A stretch of DNA of 64,000 nt, taken from a virus. Numbering within the stretch: the first letter of the stretch is position 1; every line of letters starts with the position of its first letter. The position numbers and the translations under genes were made by a program. Location: IMG/VR virus record IMGVR_UViG_3300020464_000002, positions 1 through 64,000 of that record; one strand, 5' to 3'. The notes beneath the pieces were generated by a model. That model ran no database searches and was not told where the DNA came from. It saw only the letters and a list, made by a program, of their open reading frames with translations. Of the stretch, positions 11,201 through 21,400 are shown one piece after another.

Positions 11201-12472
11201 AGCAATGCCTTGGAATATGGAGAAAAGCTACTTGATTTTGCAAGGGCTAGCTGGGTTCCGTCTAAATCCTATGATGATATTGATGAGTGGACTAGCGAAG
11301 AACAGACGGCGGCGTACAGAAAAGAGAAAGAGTTAGTAGAAGCAGAGTTTAAAGAAGTTATCCGTCTTTTTGGTGTTCTAAAGCAGTACCGAGCCTATAA
11401 AAAGGATCAACAAGAGATTCAAGAAATGGCAAATCTAGCAAACAGAGCTTACCTAAGCGGCTGGCGTGGCAATCCGAGTAAAGGAAGTGAGATGAATCGG
11501 TTTTTCTCAGCTGTTGACAGAAGAAAACAAATGGAAATTTACAACGAAACAAAGGAGTGGAATGCTGTTAGTGAAGATCATGTATTCCCACCAGTCGAAA
11601 AGATAGGCGATGACGAGTACAGAGCTTATCGAGATAGCGATAAAAAAGATCATTGGACAGCCAAACACGTTAGAAGTGGAGATTGGGAGGTTGTTATTGA
11701 TACTGAGCGATCAAGAAATATAAAAGGCGTTAGTACATTAAGACTTTTTAACAGCATTGATGACATTATCAATGAATACCCAGCATTCAAGGGCGTTAAA
11801 GAAATTATTGCAGGCAATGATAAAACTAAAAAAGATGACACGCTGGATGATCCCGATGCGTTATTTGCTGCATTTTTTAATGAGTTTTACGATGAGGTTA
11901 TGAATAGTCAGCGTCCAAAAATACAAGGTCTGCGATTGTCAGCCAATGCGGTAGATGGAACCAATATATCTTTTGAGTCTGGAAATGGTAAGTCTTACAA
12001 AATCTTAGGATCAGAGTACAACCCTTCAGGTAAAAACGTAAACCTTAATTTGATTGAAGTTAAAGCCAACGGCGCAGGTTACACCTCTCAAAACTCTATG
12101 ATATCGATTGTTGCTAGTACCAAAGTGACAAAAAATTCAGACTGGATGGAGTCATTGCGATCTAAGAAAGAGTGGCTCATATCAGAAGTTTTTGACGTAC
12201 TAGACATAGATTACCAAGAAAAAAACAAAGCCGACACAGTAGCGGAGCCAGCCACCAGCGCCGCCGCTAAGCGTATTAACGAGATCGAGCAGCAAATGAG
12301 CGCCGCTGATTTTGACCCGATGACCGTTGATACTGACGAGCTAATCGACTTGGTAGATCAGGTCGAGGGCGATGTGGAGCTTAGCGCCAAGCTAGACTAT
12401 CTCAGCACGACCCTGCAGCAAAAAATAGTTGCCGTCAGCATGAAAGCCCTTACCGATATGGCTGGCGCGTAA
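8288..12472 (+). CDS. giant (1394 aa) putative virion cargo / polyvalent-type protein
   Basis: Uninterrupted 4.2-kb ORF with a coiled-coil segment, acidic low-complexity stretches and an internally duplicated module (KKDxWTA...YPAF(R/K)G). No enzymatic motif recognised. Confidence 0.55.
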   Translation: MAYTKQNKAHSNHYITKPDGSTASRYSRYETGRITGRYREIPAVLADSTGFDSLGFDSSVGSVDDRWHVVNVFDSVNTYIDSIAVGGAMDGNHALQIAKSQLDSLGGTTCQLITNNAMQFDGMDHDHAWSIDAINKLMDNPSQNKSYLPVITAPELVVEAERVTFDSVQWDSNNNLISHGGKDSRLYLDLTRADTRNELVTEFDLADALFDMDAQEAGFDALMDTKSRLPLLKDRLFKALSQAGDESLSVTNVTQTKEFKRQGVINIAFVFDLSDGQKLSIWFHKPLESSSKLLPSDYMVSWKWMLNKRDVTAALSPKHGDNVQLPALARRIMRVAAKNSKRFKAAQARKAKVEQELLDAEQAIEDKKATISQLDADIADINAKIDAAMKAPDSDTVNESGLQADEPADAPVSTTAATAIPVREALEYVKANIFEGKDDQVLMYVTDRSTGEIKETKLVKASSKSAQTRWSNNFVNDDTTGSVYNQSIPKTNSNAATLLEDLGYKINYADPEGFIDDQFKVGDAYRFIDPNDANDTGSVLEFKSWEGINRGNDEPILSFSSFSGASGKSFKLSEMQKLVADGAAVLVTDSEAQEAKDFETEQPVSVYVNSKGRELVTVTYSHGQYNLKGSGFMNGADDEAGVLKILRSIRKDNKSMKLKEGKEFFPAGDDGKEYPPLEYDAESKTVTAYMNSKKKDSWTAIPKDDGGFTVYADNAQTRAYRTSAPKMFDNSEDLIATYPAFRGIDALLAKHSTSSDDVDYAEIDESEYPELFLDRNSDKLNILGIGDDNIHVGNQNHGEDSYSDLYHIDTGIFKDMTLNFTDAVCKVVDASIDIGADAVVGDYTATAYQDSMFDDLNSKSNPTYGITVQISKDGAYLRAEVDAYGEAKILKGMSGQDVVATVKHVFTDNTGEYKTAIENALDAQADQDMDDKKADDDMSTTDTHDVPNTAETAPAANISNSGIPDITNADKSNALEYGEKLLDFARASWVPSKSYDDIDEWTSEEQTAAYRKEKELVEAEFKEVIRLFGVLKQYRAYKKDQQEIQEMANLANRAYLSGWRGNPSKGSEMNRFFSAVDRRKQMEIYNETKEWNAVSEDHVFPPVEKIGDDEYRAYRDSDKKDHWTAKHVRSGDWEVVIDTERSRNIKGVSTLRLFNSIDDIINEYPAFKGVKEIIAGNDKTKKDDTLDDPDALFAAFFNEFYDEVMNSQRPKIQGLRLSANAVDGTNISFESGNGKSYKILGSEYNPSGKNVNLNLIEVKANGAGYTSQNSMISIVASTKVTKNSDWMESLRSKKEWLISEVFDVLDIDYQEKNKADTVAEPATSAAAKRINEIEQQMSAADFDPMTVDTDELIDLVDQVEGDVELSAKLDYLSTTLQQKIVAVSMKALTDMAGA

Positions 12473-13335
12473 TGCTGGACGCACCAGCCAACAACAAAGG
12501 CCAAAAGCCTAGCGGTAAAACGTTAGGCAGCGTTTGGCGCGAAAAAGGCTTAAACAAAAACCTTGTTGTAAAAATTAGACCAGTTGTAGAGGGTAATTTT
12601 GAGGGCGGCCAAGGTCAGCAGACTTATAGTGTTGATACCAGCCAGCCTACGGTTGAATCTATTTTTGAGGAAGCTGATTTTTCCATCGAGAGCCAGTACA
12701 GCACGCCTTTTGAGTCATCAAACCCCGAAGGGCGCTTACCTAACCTGATGGGTATGATCCAGTCAGGCCAAATCAACGCCGCTTACTACAGCTTATTTGC
12801 GGTAACAAATGATCCAACTGGTGTGGGTGCTGGGATTGCCGAACTAGGCGCGGCCGCCGCTGAACTGACAGGCGTTGCTGATGCGTTGAGCGAGTCCGAG
12901 GGTAAATTACAAGGCTTGATGGGGCGCTCAAACTTTACCAAGTTAAACAGCCGTCAGATCTTCACGTCTGCTAGCTCGATCCGTATTACTGGCAGCTTGT
13001 TTTTTGAAGCGTGGGCTAACGCAAAAAGTGAGGTAGAAGACGCTTTACAACAATTACAAATATGGGCATCGGCCGCCGAACTATCCAAGCAATCACTATT
13101 GGTTAGCGGGATAAAAGACGGTTTTTCCGAGGCCATGTTTCCTTCAATCATTCCCCCATTGGTACAACTTCAATACGGCGGCAAAACCTATAGCCCCATG
13201 GTGGTTGAAAGTGTATCAGCACCAATCACAGCACCTATGACCAAAGACGGCGACCGCATTGCCGTTAGGGTGCAGGTTGTCTTCTTATCATTGACCGCAT
13301 GGGATGCACAAAACATTATCAACACGAGGCGCTAA
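12472..13335 (+). CDS. hypothetical protein
   Basis: 287-aa ORF. Start overlaps the stop of the giant ORF (TAATG). Confidence 0.5.
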   Translation: MLDAPANNKGQKPSGKTLGSVWREKGLNKNLVVKIRPVVEGNFEGGQGQQTYSVDTSQPTVESIFEEADFSIESQYSTPFESSNPEGRLPNLMGMIQSGQINAAYYSLFAVTNDPTGVGAGIAELGAAAAELTGVADALSESEGKLQGLMGRSNFTKLNSRQIFTSASSIRITGSLFFEAWANAKSEVEDALQQLQIWASAAELSKQSLLVSGIKDGFSEAMFPSIIPPLVQLQYGGKTYSPMVVESVSAPITAPMTKDGDRIAVRVQVVFLSLTAWDAQNIINTRR

Positions 13336-13337
13336 TC

Positions 13338-14075
13338 ATGACCACAACACTAACCATTCAATTATTAAATGAAAGCCTGAGCTTGCCTGATCTCAGTATT
13401 GGCGATGCCATAGACATTGCACAAATACCGTCAGGCTTTAATGAAAAACGCCTAAGCGCCTTAATTGGCCATTTAAGCGGCGATGCAGCGTTGGCAGGTC
13501 GATTAACCGCGCAAGAGCGCTATTACATACTGCTAAACCATCAAGCAACCACGAGCCACAAGTACAACGCTGATGACGCTGGCGCGAACGATGAATATAT
13601 GATCGAAACTATCCAATCAGACGTACCAAATGAGGTGCAAGTGGGTGAATTGATTATCAACCATTTACGCGGCGCTCACGTTGTTGTTTTAGAGGGGATT
13701 TGTGAAAACGTGGCCGAATGGCTTATGGGGCAAATGGCGTGCCAGCTTAGCGGAAATCTAGCCAGCATTATTGGTGGCGATGACGTTGTATGGGAGCCAG
13801 TACCAGCAACCATGACCGACAGCGAGATCAACGCCGTTATTCAAGAGCGTTTTCGCTTCATTAGCGGCCTATCTGCCACCAGCGCTTTTAACGATCTTGT
13901 CGATGCCTATAGTAACGGCGCACACCAGCTGACGCATTTTGTCAAATTAGGAAGCGACAATAAAGGCTTAACCGTTATTAAGTCAGGAGGTGACGGCAAT
14001 ATGGAGCCGTCACGATTTCACACCCTTGACCATTTATCAGGGGCAGCCGCAAGACTTGCAACATGCCTTGCTTGA
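13338..14075 (+). CDS. hypothetical protein
   Basis: In-frame ATG 13338 lies 2 nt after the upstream stop. The track ORF begins at 13299. Confidence 0.5.
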   Translation: MTTTLTIQLLNESLSLPDLSIGDAIDIAQIPSGFNEKRLSALIGHLSGDAALAGRLTAQERYYILLNHQATTSHKYNADDAGANDEYMIETIQSDVPNEVQVGELIINHLRGAHVVVLEGICENVAEWLMGQMACQLSGNLASIIGGDDVVWEPVPATMTDSEINAVIQERFRFISGLSATSAFNDLVDAYSNGAHQLTHFVKLGSDNKGLTVIKSGGDGNMEPSRFHTLDHLSGAAARLATCLA

Positions 14076-14088
14076 AGACGCATTTACG

Positions 14089-14274
14089 ATGGTGGAACAC
14101 GGCAAAATGAGCTTGCCCGAAGCCCTTAAAATAGGATTGTCTTTTATAAAGCTGTATCGAGACTCACCAAGTTTTGAGCGCGTATCAAAAACCATTGAAA
14201 ACGAGCGTATTTACAAGTCAGGCGTTATAGATCGTTTAAACGCAATCATACAGGTAAGCCAAGCGCGGCGTTAA
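14089..14274 (+). CDS. small hypothetical protein
   Basis: In-frame ATG 14089 lies just after the upstream stop at 14075. The track ORF 13990-14274 would overlap by 86 nt. Confidence 0.35.
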   Translation: MVEHGKMSLPEALKIGLSFIKLYRDSPSFERVSKTIENERIYKSGVIDRLNAIIQVSQARR

Positions 14275-14289
14275 TGGAGAAAGCACAGA

Positions 14290-14811
14290 ATGAATCACCG
14301 CATAGAAACAGCAAGGCTTGCGCTGGCAAATATAAGCGGCGGCAGCGCAACTTATGTGGCAACCGCATCAAGCGCCGCTGGGCTAAGCCAACAACTCAAC
14401 CAAACCCATATGTTCTTATATTTGGATCTACCGATTTGGATATTTTTTACGGCGGCATTTTTACTGGCAATCGTTGGATCGTTGGGATCTTTATATATTG
14501 ATGTGATGAGGGAATCTAACCTTACGCTCGCTCAAAAATTTATCAACTTGTCATTAGGGTTTATAACAGGACTGCTAGGCGCGTTCGTGGTCTTGCCAGC
14601 GTTCACCGCCGCGCCGCCAATGCCAGTCATCCTACTAACGTCATTAGTCACATCGTTTGCAGGTACGGTTGTTATTAGAAACGTGGGTGATCTTATTCGT
14701 AATGAGGAATTGTGGGACGCGGTAAAAACGCTGGTGATAGAACGCCTAAAAATGCTGTCTATCGACCGTGTTAAAGAACTGCTAACACTATTTTTCGGAG
14801 GTCGCAAATGA
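14290..14811 (+). CDS. putative holin (multi-TM)
   Basis: 173-aa ORF with several hydrophobic helices, two genes upstream of the endolysin. Confidence 0.45.
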   Translation: MNHRIETARLALANISGGSATYVATASSAAGLSQQLNQTHMFLYLDLPIWIFFTAAFLLAIVGSLGSLYIDVMRESNLTLAQKFINLSLGFITGLLGAFVVLPAFTAAPPMPVILLTSLVTSFAGTVVIRNVGDLIRNEELWDAVKTLVIERLKMLSIDRVKELLTLFFGGRK

Positions 14812-15209
14812 CCCTTATTAGCTATCTATTCAACTGGCACATAATCAATGGCGCAATGCCGTTTTTTGGGATATTAGCCAGCGCTTATATTCTTTTTAGC
14901 AGGAAGACTTGCACCGCCAACAAAGCCATATCTACAGCGCTATCATTGAGCATTATTCTATGGCTAATGCTGATATGGGCTGACTGGGGGAGCGCTGTTT
15001 TTACGCCGTCTTATCAAAGCATGTGGGCGCGAATACTGTTATTGATCGTGTCCACACTCATCATGTTTGAGTTACGCCGAAATACGATAAACAACCAAAA
15101 ATTAAACCGCGCCAATGCCAGTATTATAAAGGAAAACCAACGCCTCAATACGATCAACCAGCTACTACACCAAAAGATTAACCAACAACAAGGATTAAAC
15201 AATGAGTAA
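14808..15209 (+). CDS. lysis-cassette membrane protein (second holin/antiholin-like)
   Basis: 133-aa ORF with three hydrophobic segments then a polar Q/N-rich tail. Overlaps both neighbours. Confidence 0.4.
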   Translation: MTLISYLFNWHIINGAMPFFGILASAYILFSRKTCTANKAISTALSLSIILWLMLIWADWGSAVFTPSYQSMWARILLLIVSTLIMFELRRNTINNQKLNRANASIIKENQRLNTINQLLHQKINQQQGLNNE

Positions 15210-15783
15210 GTATTTAACCAAACCTCAAATCGTGGCCGCCGCCAATGATCTTGACGTGGAATATGCGGCGCTAAAATCCGTGCTTGAAGTGGAGTGCCGT
15301 AGTAGCGGTTTTTTCAGCACAGGCGAACCCGCGATCTTGTTTGAGCGCCACGTTTATTGGCGGCGTTTAGGTGATATCTACTGGTACACCAAGCGCTTGC
15401 AGATCATGGCCAAACACCCACGCGTCTGTAATAAGTTTAGCGGCGGCTATGGCAAGTTTAGCGAACAGCACGACAAGCTAGCGATTGCAGCCAGTTACAA
15501 CCGTGACGTGGCGTTAGAGTCTGCTAGCTGGGGTATCGGTCAGGTCATGGGCTATCACTGGGAGAAACTGGGCTATCCATCGCTACAGGCGTTTATCAAT
15601 GATATGTATGAAAGCGAAGCCAAGCAGCTAGAAGCCGTGGTTCGTTATATCAAACACTTCAATCTTGATGGGGCTTTACGCCGTAAAGACTGGGCGGCGT
15701 TCGCTTATGGTTATAATGGCAAGGATTACGCCAAAAACAACTATGACGAGAAGCTAAAACAGGCTTACCGCAAGTACGCATAG
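15202..15783 (+). CDS. endolysin, N-acetylmuramidase family (PF11860-like)
   Basis: Motifs ILFERHVYWR, SASWGIGQVMG and FAYGYNGKDYAKNNYDEKL match my memory of the phage muramidase family. Sits after holin-like genes. Confidence 0.65.
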   Translation: MSKYLTKPQIVAAANDLDVEYAALKSVLEVECRSSGFFSTGEPAILFERHVYWRRLGDIYWYTKRLQIMAKHPRVCNKFSGGYGKFSEQHDKLAIAASYNRDVALESASWGIGQVMGYHWEKLGYPSLQAFINDMYESEAKQLEAVVRYIKHFNLDGALRRKDWAAFAYGYNGKDYAKNNYDEKLKQAYRKYA

Positions 15784-15792
15784 GGGCTAACC

Positions 15793-18279
15793 GTGGACAT
15801 TAAAGACAATCTTAGCAAGATCAAGGAGTTGCAGAAAGCCACCGCCGAAGTACAGGCGGCGGCCAATGCTGTGAGTCGTATCAAAGCCAGCCAGCGCCTA
15901 ATTGAGCTTTTAAAGAGTATGGGCGTTTATGATCAAAACCAACATGACATTATAGGCGAAGAAGATGAAGCGGACGACGAATACAGCGACAACACTAATG
16001 ATGAAAATTACCGTTATGCTGATACTGGTTATATCGCTGGGAGTCATAAAGAAAAGGCTGCTAAACGCATTAAAGAGCTAGCCAAAGATGGCCATACCGT
16101 CAAAGATACCGATATCGAATGGGATGAGATCGAAGCGGACGCCTTGTTTGCTGAGGACGTAATCAAAAAGGCTAATATCTTAGGTGATATCGACTATCAA
16201 GCCATGAAAGACGCGGGCGGCGATGCTGGCACGGCGTTTATCATTCAAAAAGTATTTGCTTCTATTGCGCCAAAGCCGCATTGGGATATTCTCGAATTTT
16301 TTGAAAAAAGCAATACAGGTAAACGCATGATACGGCCGGTTAGTCACGGCGATCGTGAGCGTATCTATAAAGACATTGAAAGTAATGTCGCTGAGCGGCA
16401 AAAGCTGGCACGTAAAGCCTATGTTACTGGGATCAATACCCTAAAAGATCGCATTATCGGTATCACTGATATCAAGTCATTGGTGGCCGAGCTAAAAGAG
16501 ATTGCTGAAGAAATGGGCGGCACTAAAGTCAGTGCTGAGGACGCCAAACGTTATAAAGAATTAGATCAAAAACTAGCAGACGCTTTATCTTCCATGAAAG
16601 AGCGATCCGCTAAGTTTGAAGCCGAGTACAAAGCCGCTGAATCTAAAGCGGCGGACGAAATGGATATGCCAAAGAGCACTAAGCGGCGCGGCACGGCCAT
16701 TCCCGATTATTATGACGGCAAGTTTAAGCCATTGGTAACAAAAAGCGCCTATTACCACCGCCGCCAGTCTATGAAAAGGTGGCTTGCTGACAAATACCCC
16801 GATATCGGCTTCTCAGGGTTAGAAAATAGAAACTTCCCCGCCGTAACAACCGTTAAAAGTATTATGGCCTATAAGAATCTATTAGATGAATTTGATCTTA
16901 TGACGTTGCAAGCTGGATTAAGCGGCCTTCGAGATCCAAACGCTAACCTTGCATGGGTGTCACTTGGCGAACGCTTTTGGAATATCATCGAGTTTACGTC
17001 AGGATCTTTTGTTAAACACGCCAACATGGCGCTAAACAAGCGTTATGACGACTGGGCTTTAACCATCAATGAGGGCGGCGCTGGCAAAGGCGGCGCTAAA
17101 AAAGGCAAGACCAAAACCACGTTTGAATTGGTGGTTGCTGACAAGATCGAGAGAAAGGGCGGGCGTGAGGTCAACGTAAGATCGACTGAAGAGTTAAAAG
17201 ATATGTTCGGCTTCCGTGATATCCAGTCCGGTAACTGGGTGCTCAAAGACAAGGCTGTCGCTAAATTTCACGTTGAAAATGCGGCGGCGGCCATGATGGA
17301 TCTATCCGACGTGGTAGGGATTGATGCCAAGTCGCTAGCGTTTGGCGGCCGTTTGGCGCTGGCACTGGGCGCGCGGGGTAAAAAAGGCGCAATGGCTCAT
17401 TATGAACCGGTTGCGCGCGTGATCAACTTGAGCAAGATGAAGGGCGGCGGTGCACTTGGCCATGAGTGGTTTCACGCTATCGACAACATATTGGCCGAGG
17501 TGATGGACGTTGACGGCGGCACTAGCGCTGGCTTGTTTTTAAGTAAGGATTCATCCATTTTAGGCGATAGCCCAATAAATGCCGCGTTCAATAAGCTACG
17601 ATCAGCGATGCTAGAGGGTGATATTCGAGCACCTGAATCGTTTGAGATCACAGAGTCTCTTGTTAGAGCCGCTAAGCTAAACCTACCTGACGGCGATTAT
17701 TTAGGCAAGTTACAAAGAGTCATTAAGGACAACGATGCCACGCAAGCGGTGATCGAGGTTGATAGAATATTGACGCGTAGTAATGGCGGCAAGCGCAGCA
17801 AAAATCACAAAACATGGCGTAGAATAGCCGCTGCCTATCACAACCAAGACAAGATAGGCGAAACAATCACGCTAAACACTGGTGAACCGTCATCTAGTTT
17901 TTATGCTGAGTCAAAACGACTGGACGAGGGTAGATCTAAGCCGTACTGGTCAACCACGCTCGAAATGGCAGCGCGTGCGTTCCAAGCCTTTTTAGAAGAC
18001 AGCTTAAAGGCGCAGGATCGCCAAAACGACTATCTCAGTTACGGTGCTAACAATGCGCTATATAAAAACCATAACGCTTATCCCGATGGGGCGGAGCGTG
18101 AGAATATCAACGCCGTCTTCACTGAATTGTTTAAAGTAATCAAAGACGAACGTATTTTTGAAAACGCCATGGAAGATGAAGCCATGATGGATGCCATTTT
18201 TGGGGCAAAAAGTATCTTTTTTGACGAAGAACAGGCAGCCATTAACACGTTGTTTGGTGACAACGAGTATCACTGGTAA
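15793..18279 (+). CDS. 828-aa zincin-like (HExxH) polyvalent-type virion protein
   Basis: GTG start after AGGGG. HEWFH metallopeptidase-type motif (GGALGHEWFHAIDN). Coiled-coil and K/E-rich regions. Ends at terminator 18322-18346. Confidence 0.5.
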   Translation: MDIKDNLSKIKELQKATAEVQAAANAVSRIKASQRLIELLKSMGVYDQNQHDIIGEEDEADDEYSDNTNDENYRYADTGYIAGSHKEKAAKRIKELAKDGHTVKDTDIEWDEIEADALFAEDVIKKANILGDIDYQAMKDAGGDAGTAFIIQKVFASIAPKPHWDILEFFEKSNTGKRMIRPVSHGDRERIYKDIESNVAERQKLARKAYVTGINTLKDRIIGITDIKSLVAELKEIAEEMGGTKVSAEDAKRYKELDQKLADALSSMKERSAKFEAEYKAAESKAADEMDMPKSTKRRGTAIPDYYDGKFKPLVTKSAYYHRRQSMKRWLADKYPDIGFSGLENRNFPAVTTVKSIMAYKNLLDEFDLMTLQAGLSGLRDPNANLAWVSLGERFWNIIEFTSGSFVKHANMALNKRYDDWALTINEGGAGKGGAKKGKTKTTFELVVADKIERKGGREVNVRSTEELKDMFGFRDIQSGNWVLKDKAVAKFHVENAAAAMMDLSDVVGIDAKSLAFGGRLALALGARGKKGAMAHYEPVARVINLSKMKGGGALGHEWFHAIDNILAEVMDVDGGTSAGLFLSKDSSILGDSPINAAFNKLRSAMLEGDIRAPESFEITESLVRAAKLNLPDGDYLGKLQRVIKDNDATQAVIEVDRILTRSNGGKRSKNHKTWRRIAAAYHNQDKIGETITLNTGEPSSSFYAESKRLDEGRSKPYWSTTLEMAARAFQAFLEDSLKAQDRQNDYLSYGANNALYKNHNAYPDGAERENINAVFTELFKVIKDERIFENAMEDEAMMDAIFGAKSIFFDEEQAAINTLFGDNEYHW

Positions 18280-18321
18280 GTTTAAAAAACGGCAGCCTAG
18301 CCAGCGTTTAGCGCTAACCAA

Positions 18322-18346
18322 CCCCGCCAAAAATGGCGGGGTTTTT
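18322..18346 (+). terminator. intrinsic terminator
   Basis: CCCCGCC aaaaat GGCGGGG followed by TTTTT. Confidence 0.75.
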
Positions 18347-18349
18347 CAT

Positions 18350-18426
18350 TGGAACAGTGTAAAAGTTGCTAGCCGTTTACTTGTCATAATTGGTTATTGC
18401 TTTTTATAACCAATCGGACAGCATTT
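18350..18426 (+). promoter_or_regulatory. late-promoter unit J
   Basis: Box TGGAACAGTGTAAAAG 18350-18365. TGn plus CATAAT 18385-18390. IR ATTGGTTAT/ATAACCAAT 18389-18397/18406-18414. ATG 18427. Confidence 0.6.
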
Positions 18427-21400
18427 ATGAAAACAGATCAAACGCCGTCAGGCACTAAAGCCAAGTTTAAAAACATTGCCGACCTACAAGCCGCGCTTGC
18501 CAAGTTGCAAGGCGCAACCAACACAAAAGACCGACTAGCCGCCACACAAGGCGTTGTCGATGTTTTGAAAAGAATTGGATCGCTGAGATCGATAACCATT
18601 CAAGAGGCCAAAAACGGCAAACTTGATGACGATCATGACACGCCAGCACCAGCCGCCGAAAAAACGCCAACCAGTGATATTGTTGATCGTACTGGCATGG
18701 TTGAGCTGGCGGGAACCAGTAAGCGCCAAGCAGCCAATAATAAAGCGGTCGAACTTTTGGCCAAAATCAAGGCCGAGGGCTTAACCCGCGATGATCTATC
18801 ATCTGAGCAGATCGAAACGCTGGCGGCCTATACTGGCAGCGGCGGCGGCCTGATCTCAAACAAGGGTAAACGCGGTAGCGCTTACGAGTATTACACCCCC
18901 AAAGCCGTTGCCTCAAAAATGTGGGAATTGGCCTCAGAAATGGGCTTTACTGGCGGCAAGGTACTAGATCCGAGCGCTGGTACTGGCGTTTTTGCGGCCA
19001 CCAGCCCTGAAAGTGCCGTTATTGACAGTATCGAGCTTGACGAAGTATCAGGCGGCATTGCCTCGATCTTAAACGATGGGGATCGCAGCAATACGGTTGT
19101 ATCGTCTTTTGAGAAGCGCAACGAGCTGATCGCAGATGATAGTCTCGATATGGTAATGACAAACGTGCCTTTTGGCGACAATAAAACACGCGGCGAGCAC
19201 AAAATGGACGATGACGCGTACCAAAATGAGAGCTTAGAGACTTACTTTATCTTGCGTTCGCTTGAAAAGATTAAGCACGGCGGCCTTGCCGTATTTATCA
19301 CGCCAACGTCTGTGATCTCAGGCAAAAAAGGCGACAAGGAACGCTTGCGCAAATTGACCAGCCTAAAAGCTGAGCTGCTGGGCGCGTACCGCTTACCAAA
19401 CAAAGTATTTGAACAGACAGGCGCGGACGTAATGACGGATATCATTGTTTATCGCAAGCATAGCCGTGAAGCGACCGATCAAATCAACGCGCTGTATGAA
19501 GCTGGCGATATGGACACGTTGGCCAAAACCAAGGTCATGTGGGATGAATATATCAGCGGCGCTTATTTTAAAAACCCAATCCATAAAGCTAAATTCATGT
19601 TGGGTAACGAAGTGCAAGTACCAAGCCGTTTTAACCCCGAAGAAATGGTAACGGCGCTAAGCAACCCCAAACCAACGCCTGAGATCATGAAAGACATTAA
19701 AAAGTTTGGCGGTAGTCGTATTGATTGGGAAGCACTGGGCGCAGCTGAGGCCGCTTATATCGAATACAACAACGGTGACGTGATATTCCAAAACGGCAAG
19801 CAATTAGAGTACCAAGACGGCCGCTGGCACGTTATGGCCGCCGAGCCGACCGACAGTGACCGTGAAATGCAGAAGGCACTTGCTAACATGGGCAGTGCGA
19901 TCGAAATGGTTGTAGCTGGCATGACGTTTGACATGATGGATCGTGTGAACAGCTACACCTTAACGACTGGCCAAGCCGATTTAATCCCGCGTGCTGCTAG
20001 ATCTTTGTTTAATCGAACCCTCGTTGTCGCCCCTAAAATGCGTGCCGCCGCGTGGAATTGCGTTATCGCAGCACAAGCGATAAAAGACGTGATCGCCGAG
20101 CAAGATTATGGCTATGACTTCATGACCAACGAGCCGGCCTTGACCAGCTTTATGAAAACCGCCTTTTTGGACGGCAAAAATACCAAGCTGACCAAAGAAC
20201 CAAAGCAAGACTTTAATTTTGTCAAACTCTACTACGATAATGGCAAGTATAACGCGGTATGGCGCGGCCAAATTGATACCGAGGTCGAAGTTAAGGACGA
20301 GGCGCGATCTTATACAAGCCTTATTGCACGTATGCAGTATGACAATAAGAGCCTATATTTAAGCCGTGAGCAGTTGGCCAAAGTTAACCCCGATACTGAC
20401 CCATTAACCGATAATGAGTGGTTTATCAATCATGACGGCAGCCAAGTTATCGCCGCTAGTGACTTTTTGACTGGCAGCTTATCGAATTGTTTGGCCAAGA
20501 TTGACGAGCAGATCAAACAAGCGACCGACAGCAAGATCATTGCCAAGCTAGAACAGCAAAAACTATTTGCGACTGAAAACGTAACACGTATCAACTTGCA
20601 AAGCGTGGACTTTGACTTGCGCAGCCCACTAATCAGCGCCGAGGACAAAGTACGCTTTTTAAAGCAGTCAGTGCACAAAGACGCGTATATCTCGTTTGAT
20701 GAGTACGGCAAGGGCACGCCTGATATTGACGTAAAAGGCGGCAATCTAAGGGATGAAGAAAAGCTGTATAACCGTATCGGTGACTGGTTGGCTAAGGGAA
20801 CCGTGACCACTGGCGGCGTGACACTTAGCAGAATGACCGAGCGTGAAGCGCTGGACTGGATGAGCGAGCAAATTAACGTTGCTAACGTCAAATTTAGCAG
20901 CTGGGTTAAAGCCAACGACAAGCTAATGGCCAGCCTTGAGCGCACCATAAACCATAACGACAACCTATTTTTTAGCCAAAACAGTGATGAATCACCAGTC
21001 GAAATCGCTGGCATGAACCCTCAACTCAAGTTGCATGGCTATCAAAACGCGTTTGTGCGCAGCCAAGGCCGACATTTTGGCGGGATTAACGGCATGGGCG
21101 TTGGACTTGGTAAGACGTTTTCGTCATTGTCCAGCACGCAACATGCGCATAATATTGGCGCTAAGAAAAAAACTATTTTTGTTGTGCCAAATAGCGTGCT
21201 GTCAAACTGGCGTAAAGAGGTCGATTTTGCCTATACCAGCACTGATGACTGTTTGTTTGTTGGCTTGCGTGAAAAGGGCGACCAATTCCGCGTCTATTCC
21301 AACAAGTATGATGAAGATCTACTAAAAGCGGTCGATAGCAAGTACCGTAAGATTTTTATGACTTATGAAGCGTTTAAGCGTATTAGATTGAAAGATGAGA

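Noticed and set aside
14093-14133. An eleventh box-like site, TGGAACACGGCAAAA, with TAAAAT at the same offset
   Set aside because: It lies inside the small ORF 14089-14274. It has no start codon at the usual distance of about 75 nt (the next gene starts at 14290) and no hairpin. It could be an internal promoter for the lysis genes but may be chance, so I did not count it.
13990-14274. Programmed frameshift joining ORF 13338-14075 to the overlapping ORF 13990-14274
   Set aside because: The downstream frame is +1, not -1. No slippery heptamer was seen. An in-frame ATG at 14089, just after the upstream stop, explains the ORF.
20430-21014. Long antisense ORFs in the track (for example 194 aa at 20430-21014, 145 aa at 8725-9162, 154 aa at 34817-35281, 152 aa at 35059-35517)
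   Set aside because: They lie entirely inside long, motif-supported genes on the opposite strand. They have no SD or promoter context, and their translations are low-complexity S/L/A-rich sequences typical of shadow frames.
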